From positions 186,001-250,000 of the forward strand of contig JAPDFW010000147.1 in the NCBI GenBank assembly GCA_028826165.1: a stretch of DNA of 64,000 nt, written 5' to 3'. A program made the translations under genes and the position numbers. Below, in pieces: positions 1 through 11,130 of the stretch. The first letter of the stretch is position 1. Each line of letters opens with the position of its first letter. The notes beneath the pieces are model-generated. The model searched no databases. It saw only the letters and a program-made list of their open reading frames with translations, and was not told where the DNA came from. The DNA is from Anaeramoeba ignava BMAN (Eukaryota; Protista; Anaeramoebae).

Positions 1-314
1 TTAAATTTTTAATTTTAAACATAGATCAATTTTTAAATTTATTATTTAGAAAATATTCTATTGGAAATATTGTTTTGTTTATTTAAAAATTATTTTAAAA
101 TCTTTATTAAAAAATTTGATTAATTTCTATTTTTGAATTAAATTTATTTTTATGATTAAATATGTTTAAAAGTTGTTTTAAAATTGATATTTAAAGATTA
201 AAAAAAATAAATTAGTAATTTGAAAAAAAAATTAATAATTTAAAAAAAAAATAAAAAAAAAATAAAAAAAGATTTCATTTTTTTTTTAATTTCAAATTTT
301 AAAAAAAGAAAATA

Positions 315-3114
315 ATGTTTTATCAATTCCTTTCAAAAATTTTATTATTAATTTTTTTAATTAAAATTATAAATACTGGAAATGCAAGTGTTTCAGTTTG
401 TGGATTTCTTTTTAGTAATGATTGTTTTCTTTGCAATTATGAATTAAATTGCGGACTTTTTTGTTCAGGAGTAAATTTTATTATTATAAAATAATAAAAA
501 ACTTTTTTTTTTTCATTTAACCATCATTTAAATTATCTTATTATCTTATTACTATTTCTATTTTCATTCTCTTTTCTTTTTAATAAAATTAATATTTGAA
601 ATTAAAATCAAAATTAAAATTAAAATTGAAATTAAAATTAAAATTAAAATTGATTTTAAAATTAATATTTTAATTAAAATTAAAATTAAAATTAAAATTA
701 AAAATTTATTTTAAAATTAAAATTAAAATTAAAATTAAAATTAAAATTAAAATTAAAATTAAAATTAAAATTAAAATTAAAAATTAAAATTAAAATTAAA
801 ATTAAAAATAAAAAATTAAATTTAAATTTAAAAATAAAAATTAAAAAAAAAGAAAATAATGTTTGAATTAAAATTAAAATTAAAATTAAAATTAAAATTA
901 AAATTAAAATTAAAATTAAAATTTCAAAATTAAAATTAAAATTAAAATTCAAAAATTAAAATTAAAATTAAAATTAAAATTAAAATTAAAATTAAAATTA
1001 ATAAAACTTTTTCATTTAAAATTAAAATTAAAATTAAAATTAAAATTAAAATCAAAATTAATTAAAATTAAAATTTCTAAAAATTAAAATTAAAATTAAA
1101 ATTAAAATCAAAATTAAAATTAAAAATTAAAAATTAAAATTAAAATTAAAATTAAAATTAAAATTAAAAATTAAAATTAAAATTAAAATTAAAATTAAAA
1201 TTAAAATTAAAATTAAAATTAAAATTAAAATTAAAATTAAAATTAAAATTAAAAATTAAAATTAAAATTAAAACCAAAAATTAAAATTAAAATTAAAATT
1301 AAAATTAAAATTAAAATTAAAATTAAAATTAAAATTAATATTTAAATTAAAAATCAAAATTAAAATTAAAATTAAAATTAAAATCAAAATTAAAATTAAA
1401 ATTAAAATTAAAATTAAAATTAAAATTAAAATTAAAATTAAAATTAAAATTAAAATTAAAATTAAAATTAAAATTAAAATTAAAATTAAAATTAAAATTA
1501 AAATTAAAATTAAAATTCATTTTTGATATTAAAATAAAAATTAAAATTGATATTAAAATTAAAATTAAAATTAAAATTAAAATTGAAATTAAAATTCATT
1601 TTTAAAATTAAAATTCATTTTTGAAATTAAAATTCATTTTTGAAATTAAAATTCATTTTTGAAATTAAAATAAGGCAACACCATATTGCACAAGTGACAC
1701 AGAATGTTTACTAGATTATTCCCCAGTCAGTCTAGAAAGTTGCACTGCATGGAATAATTTAACAGAATTCGACGGAAATGCAAGTTGCAAAGCATGTATA
1801 CTTCACAATGGAACATTCAACAGCAGCGCAGAAAAATGTATAGAAACAGGAGGAGATATCACAAACTACACAAATTGCCCAACTTTATCACCAGCAGAAT
1901 GTGAAATGTGGCATACATTAATAGAATGCCCAACGGATTCGGGATGTTTTTGGAACTGGACAACAGGAACAAGTTATCCACGATGCACAACAGCTGGAGT
2001 AGCAATATTGAACCCTAATTCACCACCGTGTATCATGGAAGCGACCTGCGAAGAATGCGTTGGGAACGGATGCATGTGGTGTGGAAAGGATGATCAAGAT
2101 TACGGATTCTGCTCTTATAACGATTCAGGTTGCCAGCTCAGTGGATTTGTGGATAAAACATGCAATCCACAAACAGACACTTCGGATTGTTTATCACGAA
2201 CAACTTGTTTAGAATGTTTATCAGACGGATTAGGATGTAAATGGTGCGATTTTGATTACGAAGGAATATCCGGAAGTTGTATTCCTCCGTTGCAAAATTG
2301 CAGCAATGAAGACGAAACAATGATATTTAATACATCATGCAAAGCGTATTTGAATACGGATTGCATGGATAAGGATTGCGAATCCTGTTTTAATAATGCA
2401 ACATGCAATTGGTGCATTACAAATCAAACAACACTTGAAGGGATATGTTTATATTACAACGCAACACAGGCCTTCAACAGCTGCCAAGTCGAGTATCTTG
2501 GCGAATGGGGGATCAATAATAGCTATTGTGCAAGTTCCAACCTCACAAATTGTCTGAGCCAGACATCATGCACCCCATGCCAGGAAAACGAGTGCGCTTG
2601 GTGTCTTCTTCCCAACTCAGACCCTTTATGTCTTACAAACTCATCATGTGATTCAAACCAAGGAATCCAAATTTCTAACTGCAACCACTCAAATCTTGAC
2701 ACTTATAACTGTGAAAATTTATCTAATTGTTCGGATTGCTTTGATCAAGCGCCGTTCTGCAAGTTTATTTACTCCGGCGAAAATTTCACTCAGACAAACT
2801 GCTCTTTATGGTCAATTCCTTTCGATTCACAAGAAGACTACTTTGAAGCTACTACTTGCGACCCCTTTGTTCTTTGTCAGGAAAGAGCAAACTGCTCGGA
2901 TTGTATTTCTCTTTCTGCAGACTTTACTTGTCTTTGGTGCATTTCTGATTTGGATCCTTCAAATACTTCTTGTATTCTTTCTACTCATAATATTAATAAT
3001 TTCACTTGTAATCCAACTTGTCCTTCTAATCCTGAACCAACTCCTTCTATCGCTTCAATTCATATTCTCTCTTTCTTTTCTTTCTTCTTTTTGTTTTTCT
3101 TTCTTTTGTTTTGA
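315..3114 (+). CDS. Cysteine-rich surface/secreted protein with PSI-like (CxxC..CxWC) repeats, ~531 aa, 2 exons
   Basis: Exon 1 is 315-470 (MFYQFLSKILLLIFLIKIINTG.., signal-peptide-like, followed by Cys). The intron is 471-1674 (GTAAAT...TAAG). Exon 2 is 1675-3114, in frame with ORF 1906. Repeated C-xx-C-x(3-6)-C-x-W-C units and many NxS/T sequons; ends in a hydrophobic tail with no cytosolic residues. Confidence 0.8.
596..1670 (+). repeat. (AAAATT)n hexamer microsatellite filling intron 1
   Basis: Visible directly; it is the source of the spurious poly-NF/IL ORF. Confidence 0.95.
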
Positions 3115-3198
3115 TTTTCTTTTTTGATATTTTTATTTCTTTAAAAAAAAATTTTATTTTCAAAAATTTTATTTTCATTTTTATTTTTATTTTCTAAA

Positions 3199-4632
3199 AT
3201 GGAAAATTATTTAAATTTAGAAAAACTTTCAAATGATTTAAAAAATTTATTTCAAAATCAAAATCATGAAGAAAGTTATTTTGATTTTGAAATAATTTGT
3301 GAACAAAATCAAACTTCATTTAAAACTCATAAATCAATTCTTTCTTCAAGAAGTCATTATTTTAAATCTCTTTTCAATTCAAAAATGAAAGAATTTCAAG
3401 AAAATAAATTAATTCTAAAAGATTTTTCAAGTCCAATTATTTCCTCAATTTTGAATTATTTTTATTCAGGAAAAATTGAAATTAATTCAGAAAATGTTGT
3501 TGAAATTTTAATTTTTTCTTCAAAATATTTAATTGATGAATTAACTGAATTTTCTTCAAATTTTATCAAAAACAATTTACAATTTGAAATTGTTGTTGAT
3601 GTTCTTAAATTATCTGAATCAATGAACTTCAAAATATTAATAGATTCTTGTTACCAATTTATTTTTGATAATTTTGATGAATTTATTAAAACTCCTTTTT
3701 TTCTTGAACTTGAAGAAAACCATCTAAATTCAATTTTATCAAATGATTACATTTTAATAAATGAATTTGAGATATTACAATCACTAATAAAATGGGGAAA
3801 ACATAAAATCAATATCAATAAAGAAAACAAAAATTTTGATAAGCAAGAAAAAGAACAATTCCAAAATCAAATTTCAAATGCTATTAAACAGATCAGATTT
3901 ATTGATTTCACAAAAAAAGAACTTGAAACTATTTTGGAAGAAGATTTGATTTCAAGAAGAATTTCTCAAACATTCATCGAATTCCAAATCTTGAAAAACC
4001 AAAAGTTAGAAAGCAAACTCAAGGAATTTCTTCAAAAACATCAAGAAGAAGAACAATTACACATTTTCAAACCAAGAATAAGATTTAAATCAGAAATTAT
4101 TCAAGAAAAAGAGCATTTAATTCTCATAAGAGAATGGATAAATGATGAGGATTTCTTTTCCAAAATGAAAAAGGGATTTTCAGCAAAAAAAGATGGATTT
4201 TCTGCTAAATCTTTTCATGATAAATGTGATAATCAAGGAAAAACATTATTTATTATCAAAACAAAAGATAATTTTATTTTTGGAGGATTTACTCAAGTTG
4301 GATGGATTTCAGGAAGAGGAATATCACACATGAATGATTCACATTCCTTTCTTTTTAGCATCAAAAATCCTACAAATGATGAACCTCAAAAATTCCCAAT
4401 AAAGGAAGGATGTGAAAATATTGCAGTTTGGTATAATCCTGAAAGAGGACCTGCTTTTGGAGGTTATTGTGATATTTGTTTAGATGAAAATCTCACATCA
4501 GGATGGTCTCAATTTGGAAATGCTTATAAAGTTCCTGATGGAATTACACCTTTAACTTATGCATCAAGATGTTATTTGGCTGGTTCTTATAGTGGTTGGA
4601 AAGTTGATGAACTTGAATGCTTTTTTATTTAA
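3199..4632 (+). CDS. BTB/POZ-BACK-TLDc domain protein
   Basis: BTB (DFEIIC..FKTHKSILSSRSHYFKSLF..LNYFYSG), BACK (FLELEENHLNSILSND..EFEILQSLIKW), TLDc (KDGFSAKSFHDKCDNQGKTLFIIKT..FGGFT..SFLFS..GPAFG). Confidence 0.9.
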   Translation: MENYLNLEKLSNDLKNLFQNQNHEESYFDFEIICEQNQTSFKTHKSILSSRSHYFKSLFNSKMKEFQENKLILKDFSSPIISSILNYFYSGKIEINSENVVEILIFSSKYLIDELTEFSSNFIKNNLQFEIVVDVLKLSESMNFKILIDSCYQFIFDNFDEFIKTPFFLELEENHLNSILSNDYILINEFEILQSLIKWGKHKININKENKNFDKQEKEQFQNQISNAIKQIRFIDFTKKELETILEEDLISRRISQTFIEFQILKNQKLESKLKEFLQKHQEEEQLHIFKPRIRFKSEIIQEKEHLILIREWINDEDFFSKMKKGFSAKKDGFSAKSFHDKCDNQGKTLFIIKTKDNFIFGGFTQVGWISGRGISHMNDSHSFLFSIKNPTNDEPQKFPIKEGCENIAVWYNPERGPAFGGYCDICLDENLTSGWSQFGNAYKVPDGITPLTYASRCYLAGSYSGWKVDELECFFI

Positions 4633-4664
4633 GAATTCTTTTCCAAACAACACAAATTAAACAT

Positions 4665-4887
4665 TTTTAATTTTAATTTTAATTTAAATTTTGATTTTAA
4701 TTTTAATTTTAATTTTAATTTTAATTTTAATTTTAATTTTAATTTTAATTTTAATTTAAATTTTAATTTTAATTTTAATTTTAATTTTAATTTTAATTTT
4801 AATTTAATTTTAATTTTAATTTTAATTTTAATTTTAATTTTAATTTTAATTTTAATTTTAATTTTAATTTTAATTTTAATTTTAATT
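4665..4887 (-). repeat. (AAAATT)n on the minus strand, directly after the RCC1-BTB stop codon
   Basis: (AATTTT)n on the + strand. Confidence 0.95.
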
Positions 4888-6678
4888 TTAATTTTGATTA
4901 TTAAATTTAATTAATAAATCAAATAAATTTGGATTTGTTTGATTTAATTGAAAATAATCAATTCCTCTTTCTAATTCATTAATGATTCCTTTTGTAATTT
5001 GAATTTCATCTTTAATTTGATTTGAATAAATCCAATATTCTAATAATTCAAATGATCTATTACTTAATTCACTATAATCTGTAACTTTATTAGAAGTATC
5101 ATTTGTTACAGATAAAAACATTCCTCGATATAATTCACTTCTCATTATTAATATTAATTTTGGAAATTTATATTGTTTTTCTTTTCTTTCAATTATAAAA
5201 TCTTTTTCATTTTCATTTAAATAAATTCTTTTCATTGTTTCTTCAATTTTTTCATTGGAATTTATAATTTCTTTAATTTCAGAATATAATTTTGGATTTA
5301 TTTTGGAATTGTTTGAATAAATCATTTCAAATATTTGATTTGATTCTTTAATTGATTTATTTGAAATAATTTCTTGAAGTTTTTCAATTTCAATTTCATT
5401 TTCATTTTGATTTAATCTATATTTCAATATTAATTTATGAGCTTTAATTATTTCTCCATTTTCTGTTTTAAATGAAATATCACAAAATTCTTTTCTTCTA
5501 AATAATTTTATCAAATCTTCTTCAAGATTGGAAAAAGAAGGAGGAGAATAATAAAGAAATGAATTCTCAAAATTACCACAAAGAACATGATAATTAGAAA
5601 TATTTTCATTAAATCTTAATTTAGGAAGTTCAATTTGAATTGGAATTGGTTTGATCATATATATCTCCAGTTCCTAATTCACCATAATAATTTCTTCCAA
5701 ATCCTATTAATTTCTCTTTCGTTGTTAAAATCAAAGTATGATAACCTCCAACAGAAATTTCAAGAATATTATCATCATTTTCAAATAAAGGTGATTTAAT
5801 TTCAGTAAATTCATAAGTTTTTTGCTCTCTTATATTTTCAGTTTTGCCAAGCTCATTATATAGATAACGACCACATGAATAAAGTTTTCTTTTTGGATTT
5901 TGATTTTGATTTTGATTTTCAATTAACATTATTGAATGAAAATTTCCACATTGAATATCAATTATTTTACCTTTTGGAATATTTTGGATTTGTGTTAATT
6001 TATAGATTTTTGTTTCTTTTCTTGATTCTCCTAATCCAAGTTGACCATAAAATAATTATATCCGCATCCAAATAATTCTTGATTTGAATTTAAAAGAAAA
6101 ACGTGATTTGAAGTATTTCCTGAAAATATTTTAGAAACATTTTTCATTATCAAAATTGGTTTTTCTGTTTCTTTAAGTGTTTCAGAATCAAATCCAAGTT
6201 GACCATAATCATTTGAACCAATTCCATAAACATTTTGATTTGAAGTTAATAAATAAATTGAATGAGCTCCAGAAACAATATCTTCAATTATTCTATCATT
6301 TATATCTTCAATTAATGATGAAATATTGATAAATTCATTTGGATTATTTGGATTAATATATTTTCCTTTGGCAAATACATTTCTTTCTATTGTTAAAATA
6401 GCTTCATTGTAAACACCAACAGTTACTTTTTGAATATTTTCTTCAATTTGAATTTTTTCAGGATTCTGTTTTGAATTTTTTAAGTATTCTATTGCTTTTC
6501 CATTTTCAAAAAGGAAAATTGTTGAAAATCTTCCTGATGAAATTTGTTTAATTTGTTTTTCATTTTCATTTTCATTTTCATTTTCAAATTTAAATTGAAT
6601 TGGTTTTTTTATTTTATTTGGTTCATTTTTGATAAGAGTTGGATATTCATTTTGACCAAAAAATAAAATTTCATTCAT
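4888..6678 (-). CDS. RCC1-repeat + tandem BTB protein, copy 1 (frameshifts near 6050 and 5650; sequence error or pseudogene)
   Basis: ORF pieces 6031-6678, 5630-5929 and 4888-5658 join colinearly with the paralogues. RCC1 motifs GSNDYGQLG, ISVGGYHTLIL, GRNYYGELGTGD; BTB motif CDISFKTENGEIIKAHKLIL. Confidence 0.8.
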
Positions 6679-6747
6679 TTTTAAAAAGAAAAAAATGAAA
6701 AAAATAATTTTGGAATTTTTATTTTAATTTTAATTTTAATTTTAATT

Positions 6748-8549
6748 TTAATTCTGATTATTAAATTTCTTAATTAATAAATCAAATAAATTTGGATTTG
6801 TTTGATTTAATTGAAAATAATCAATTCCAATTTCTAATTGGTTAATTATTTCTTGTGTAATTTGAATTTCTTCTTTAATTTGATTTGAATAAATCCAATA
6901 TTCTAATAATTCAAATGATCTATTATTTAATTCACTATAATCTGTAACTTTATTAGATTTATCTTCAGTTACAGATAAAAACATTCCTCGATATAATTCA
7001 CTTCTCATTATTAATATTAATTTTGGAAATTTATATTGTTTTTCTTTTCTTTCAATAATAAAATCTTTTTCATTTTCATTTTCATTTTCATTTAAATAAA
7101 TTCTTTTCATTGTTTCTTCAATTTTTTCATTGAATTTATAATTTCTTTAATTTCAGAATATAATTTTGGATTTATTTTGGAATTATTTGAATAAATCATT
7201 TCAAATATTTGATTTGATTCTTTAATTGATTTATTTGAAATAATTTCTTGAAGTTTTTCAATTTGATTTTGATTTTGATTTAATCTATATTTCAATATTA
7301 ATTTATGAGCTTTGATTATTTCTCCATTTTTGGTTTTAAATGAAATATCACAAAATTCTTTTCTTTTAAATAGTTTTATCAAATCTTCTTCAAGATTGGA
7401 AAAAGGAGAAAGGAAAGGAGAATAATAAAGAAATGAAGAATGAAAATTACCACAAAGAACATGATAATTAGAAATATTTTCATTATATCTTAATTCAGGA
7501 AATTCAATTTGAATTGGAATTGGTTGATATCCTGTATCTCCAGTTCCTAATTCACCATAATTATTTCTTCCAAATCCTATTAATTTTGATTTGATTGTTA
7601 AAATCAAAGTATGATAACCTCCAACAGAAATTTCAAGAATATTATCATCATTTTCAAATAAAGATGATTTGATTTCAGTAAATTCATAAATTTTTTGCTC
7701 TCTTATATTTTCAGTTTTGCCAAGCCCATTATATAGATAACGACCACATGAATAAATTTTTCTTTTTGGATTTTCATTTTCATTTTCATCTTCAATTAAC
7801 ATTATTGAATGAAAATTTCCACATTGAATATCAATTATTTTTCCTTTTGGAATATTTTGAATTTTGGTTAATTTATAGATTTTTGTTTGTTTTATTGATT
7901 CTCCTAATCCAAGTTGACCATCTCCATTCAAACCAGATCCAAATAATTCTTGATTTGAATTTAAAAGAAAAACGTGATTTGAAGTATTTCCTGAAAATAT
8001 TTTAGAAACATTTTTCATTATCAAAATTGGTTTTTTTGTTTTTTTAAGTGTTTCAGAATCAAATCCAAGTTGACCATAATAATTTGAACCAATTCCATAA
8101 ACGTTTTGATTTGAAGTTAATAAGTAAAGTGAATGAGCTCCAGAAACAATATCTTCAATTATTCTATCATTTATATCTTCAATTAATGATGAAATATTGA
8201 TAAATTCTTTTGGATTTTCTGAATCAATATCAATTCCTTTGGCAAATACTTTTCTTTCTATTGTTAAAATAGCTTCATTGTAAACACCAACAGTTACTTT
8301 TTGAATATTTTCTTCAATTTGGATTTTTTCAGGTTTTTGATTTGAATTTTTTAAATATTCTATTGCTTTTCCATTTTCAAAAAGGAAAATTGTTGAATAT
8401 CTTCCTGATGAAATTTGTTTAATTTGTTTTTCTTTTTCATTTTCATTTTCATTTTCAAATTTAAATTGAATTGGTTTTATTATTTTATTTGATTCATTTT
8501 TAATAAGAGTTGGATATTCATTTGCACCAAAAAATAAAATTTCATTCAT
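6748..8549 (-). CDS. RCC1-repeat + tandem BTB protein, copy 2 (one frameshift near 7130)
   Basis: The start MNEILFFG at 8549 matches copy 1. ORFs 7107-8549 and 6748-7110 are colinear with the paralogues. Confidence 0.85.
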
Positions 8550-8641
8550 TTTTAAAAAGAAAAAAATGAAAAAAATAATTTTGGAATTTTTAATTTTAAT
8601 TAAAAAACGTTTTTTCATTTTTTTCTTTTCAAAAAAATAAA

Positions 8642-10360
8642 ATGAATTTGAATGATTGTTTATTTTTTGGTCACAATGAAAATCCAAAACTTATCAAAAA
8701 TGAATCATTTAGAATAACAAAACCAATTCAATTTAAATTTGAAAATGAAAATGAAAATGAAAATGAAAATCAAAATGAAAATAAAAATCAAATTAAACAA
8801 ATTTCATCAGGTTTCTTTTCAACAATTTTCCTTTTCAAAAATGGGAAAGCAATAGAATACTTCACTGAAGAATATTTATTTCAAAATCCAAAACAAAATC
8901 CTGAAAAAATACAAATTGAAAATATTCAAAAAGTAACTGTTGGTTTTCAAAATGAAGCTATTTTAACAAAAGAAGGAAATGTATTTGCAAAAGGAAAAGG
9001 AATTAATTCAAATAATCCAAATGAATTTATCAATATTTCATCATTAATTGAAGATAAAAATGATAGAATAATTCAAGATATTGTTTCTGGATACAGTTCA
9101 ATTTACTTATTAACTTCAAATCAAAATGCTTATGGAATTGGTTCAAATATCTCAATTAAACTCAATTCTTATTCGGTTGAAAAAAAAGAAAAACCAATTT
9201 TAATGATGAAAAATGTTTCTAAAATATTTTCAGGAAATTTTTCAAATAATACTTTTCTTTTAAATTCAAATCAAGAATTATTTGGATGTACATCAATTCC
9301 GGATGAAAGACTTGGATTGGGGAAATCAAAAGTAGCAAGAAAAACCAATAAATTAACTCAAATCCAAAATATTCCAAAAGGTAAAATAATTGATATTCAA
9401 TGTGGGTGTGCTTATTCAATAATGTTAATTGAAGATGAAAATCTAAAAAGAAAACTTTATTCATGTGGATATTATCAATATAACGGATTAGGAACATTTT
9501 TACATACTTATGAGTTTACTGAAATAGAATCACCTTTATTTCGAAATGATTATATTATTGATTTTTCTGTTGGAAATTATCATAATTTGATTTTAACTTC
9601 CAATTCAAAATTAATAGGATTTGGTTTAAATAATCATGGTCAATTAGGAACTGGAGATACCAAAAACCGAGCAATTCCAATTCAAATTGAACTTCCTAAA
9701 TTAAGATTTAATGAAGATATTTCTAATTATCATGTTTATTGTGGATCTTGGCATTCATTTCTTTATTATTCTCCTTCTTTTTCCAATCTTGAAGAAGATT
9801 TGATAAAATTATTTGAAAGAAAAGAATTTTGTGATATTTCATTTAAAACAGAAAATGGAGAAATAATTGAAGCTCATAAATTAATATTGAAATATAGATT
9901 AAATCAAAATGAAAATGAAATTGAAAAACTTCAAGAAATTATTTCAAATAAATCAATTAAAGAATCAAATCAAATATTTGAAATGATTTATTCAAACAGA
10001 ATAATAAATCCAAAATTATATTCTGAAATTAAAGAAATTATAAACTACAATGAAAAAATTGAAGAAACAATGAAAAGAATTTATTTAAATGAAAATGGAA
10101 AAGATTTTATTATTGAAAGAAAAGAAAAACAATATAAATTTCCCAAATTAATATTAATAATGAGAAGTGAATTATATCGAGGAATGTTTTTATCTGTAAC
10201 TGAAGATACTTCTAATAAAGTTACAGATTATAGTGAATTAAGTAATAAATCATTTCAATTATTAGAATATTGGATTTATTCAAATCAAATTAAAGAAGAA
10301 ATTCAAATTACAAAAGGAATAATTAATGAATTCAAACAAATCCAAATTTATTTGATTTAA
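8642..10360 (+). CDS. RCC1-repeat + tandem BTB protein, copy 3 (divergently oriented; short deletion near the C-terminus)
   Basis: 572-aa ORF with the same motifs (GLNNHGQLGTGD; CDISFK..AHKLIL; FPKLILIMRSELYRGMF). The IDYFQLNQ segment is missing, which shifts the frame of the last codons. Confidence 0.85.
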   Translation: MNLNDCLFFGHNENPKLIKNESFRITKPIQFKFENENENENENQNENKNQIKQISSGFFSTIFLFKNGKAIEYFTEEYLFQNPKQNPEKIQIENIQKVTVGFQNEAILTKEGNVFAKGKGINSNNPNEFINISSLIEDKNDRIIQDIVSGYSSIYLLTSNQNAYGIGSNISIKLNSYSVEKKEKPILMMKNVSKIFSGNFSNNTFLLNSNQELFGCTSIPDERLGLGKSKVARKTNKLTQIQNIPKGKIIDIQCGCAYSIMLIEDENLKRKLYSCGYYQYNGLGTFLHTYEFTEIESPLFRNDYIIDFSVGNYHNLILTSNSKLIGFGLNNHGQLGTGDTKNRAIPIQIELPKLRFNEDISNYHVYCGSWHSFLYYSPSFSNLEEDLIKLFERKEFCDISFKTENGEIIEAHKLILKYRLNQNENEIEKLQEIISNKSIKESNQIFEMIYSNRIINPKLYSEIKEIINYNEKIEETMKRIYLNENGKDFIIERKEKQYKFPKLILIMRSELYRGMFLSVTEDTSNKVTDYSELSNKSFQLLEYWIYSNQIKEEIQITKGIINEFKQIQIYLI

Positions 10361-10734
10361 TAATCAGAATCAGAAACAGAAAAAAAATCAAAATCAAACA
10401 AAATCAAAAAGATCAAAATCAAAATCAAAATCAAAAAAGAAATATCAAAAATCAAAATCAAAAAAGAAAGAAAAGAAAAAAATCAAAATCAAAATCAAAA
10501 AGATCAAAATCAAAAGAAAAAGATCAAAATCAAAAAGAAACAGATCAAAAAGAGAAAGAACAGACAAAAAATTGTTTGATTTTTTGAAAAATTAAATCAA
10601 ATTTGATCACTAAAATTTAAAAAAAAAATATTCATTTAATCCTTATTATGATTGAAAAATTTATTGGTTTAAAATTGAGTACTTATTTTATTGAATTTTT
10701 TTGAAGAGAAAAGAATTAAAGAAAAAAGAAAAAG

Positions 10735-11130
10735 ATTTTGATTTTAATTTTAATTTTAATGATAATTTTAAAAATTTTAATTTTAATTTTTTTAATTTTT
10801 AATTTTAAAATTTAAAAATTTTAATTTTAATTTCCTTATTTTGATTTTAAATTTTATTTTTGATTTTAAATTTTGATTTTTATTTTAATTTTAATTTTGA
10901 ATTTTAATTTGAATTTTAATTTTAATTTTAATTTTAAAAAGAAAAATTTTAATTTTAATTTTAATTTTAATTTTAATTTTTAATTTTAATTTTAATTTTA
11001 ATTTTAATTTTAATTTTAATTTTAATTTTAATTTTAATTTTAATTTTAAATTTTAATTTTAATTTTAATTTTAATTTTAATTTTAATTTTAATTTTAATT
11101 TTAATTTTAATTTTAATTTTAATTTTAATT
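10735..11130 (-). repeat. (AAAATT)n on the minus strand, downstream of RCC1-BTB copy 4
   Basis: (AATTTT)n on the + strand. Confidence 0.9.

Noticed and set aside
698-952. Poly-(NF)/(IL)/(KI)/(DF)/(KS) ORFs here and at 21790-22116, 22761-23240, 31012-32113, 38628-38868 and 40859-41065
   Set aside because: They are stop-free translations of microsatellites lying in introns or intergenic DNA.
7107-8687. Overlap of divergent RCC1-BTB ORFs, and N-terminal extensions of the ORFs at 14809, 23994 and 32174
   Set aside because: The extensions are T/A-rich leader sequence. Paralogue comparison and the upstream motifs place the starts at 8549, 14743, 24036 and 32300.
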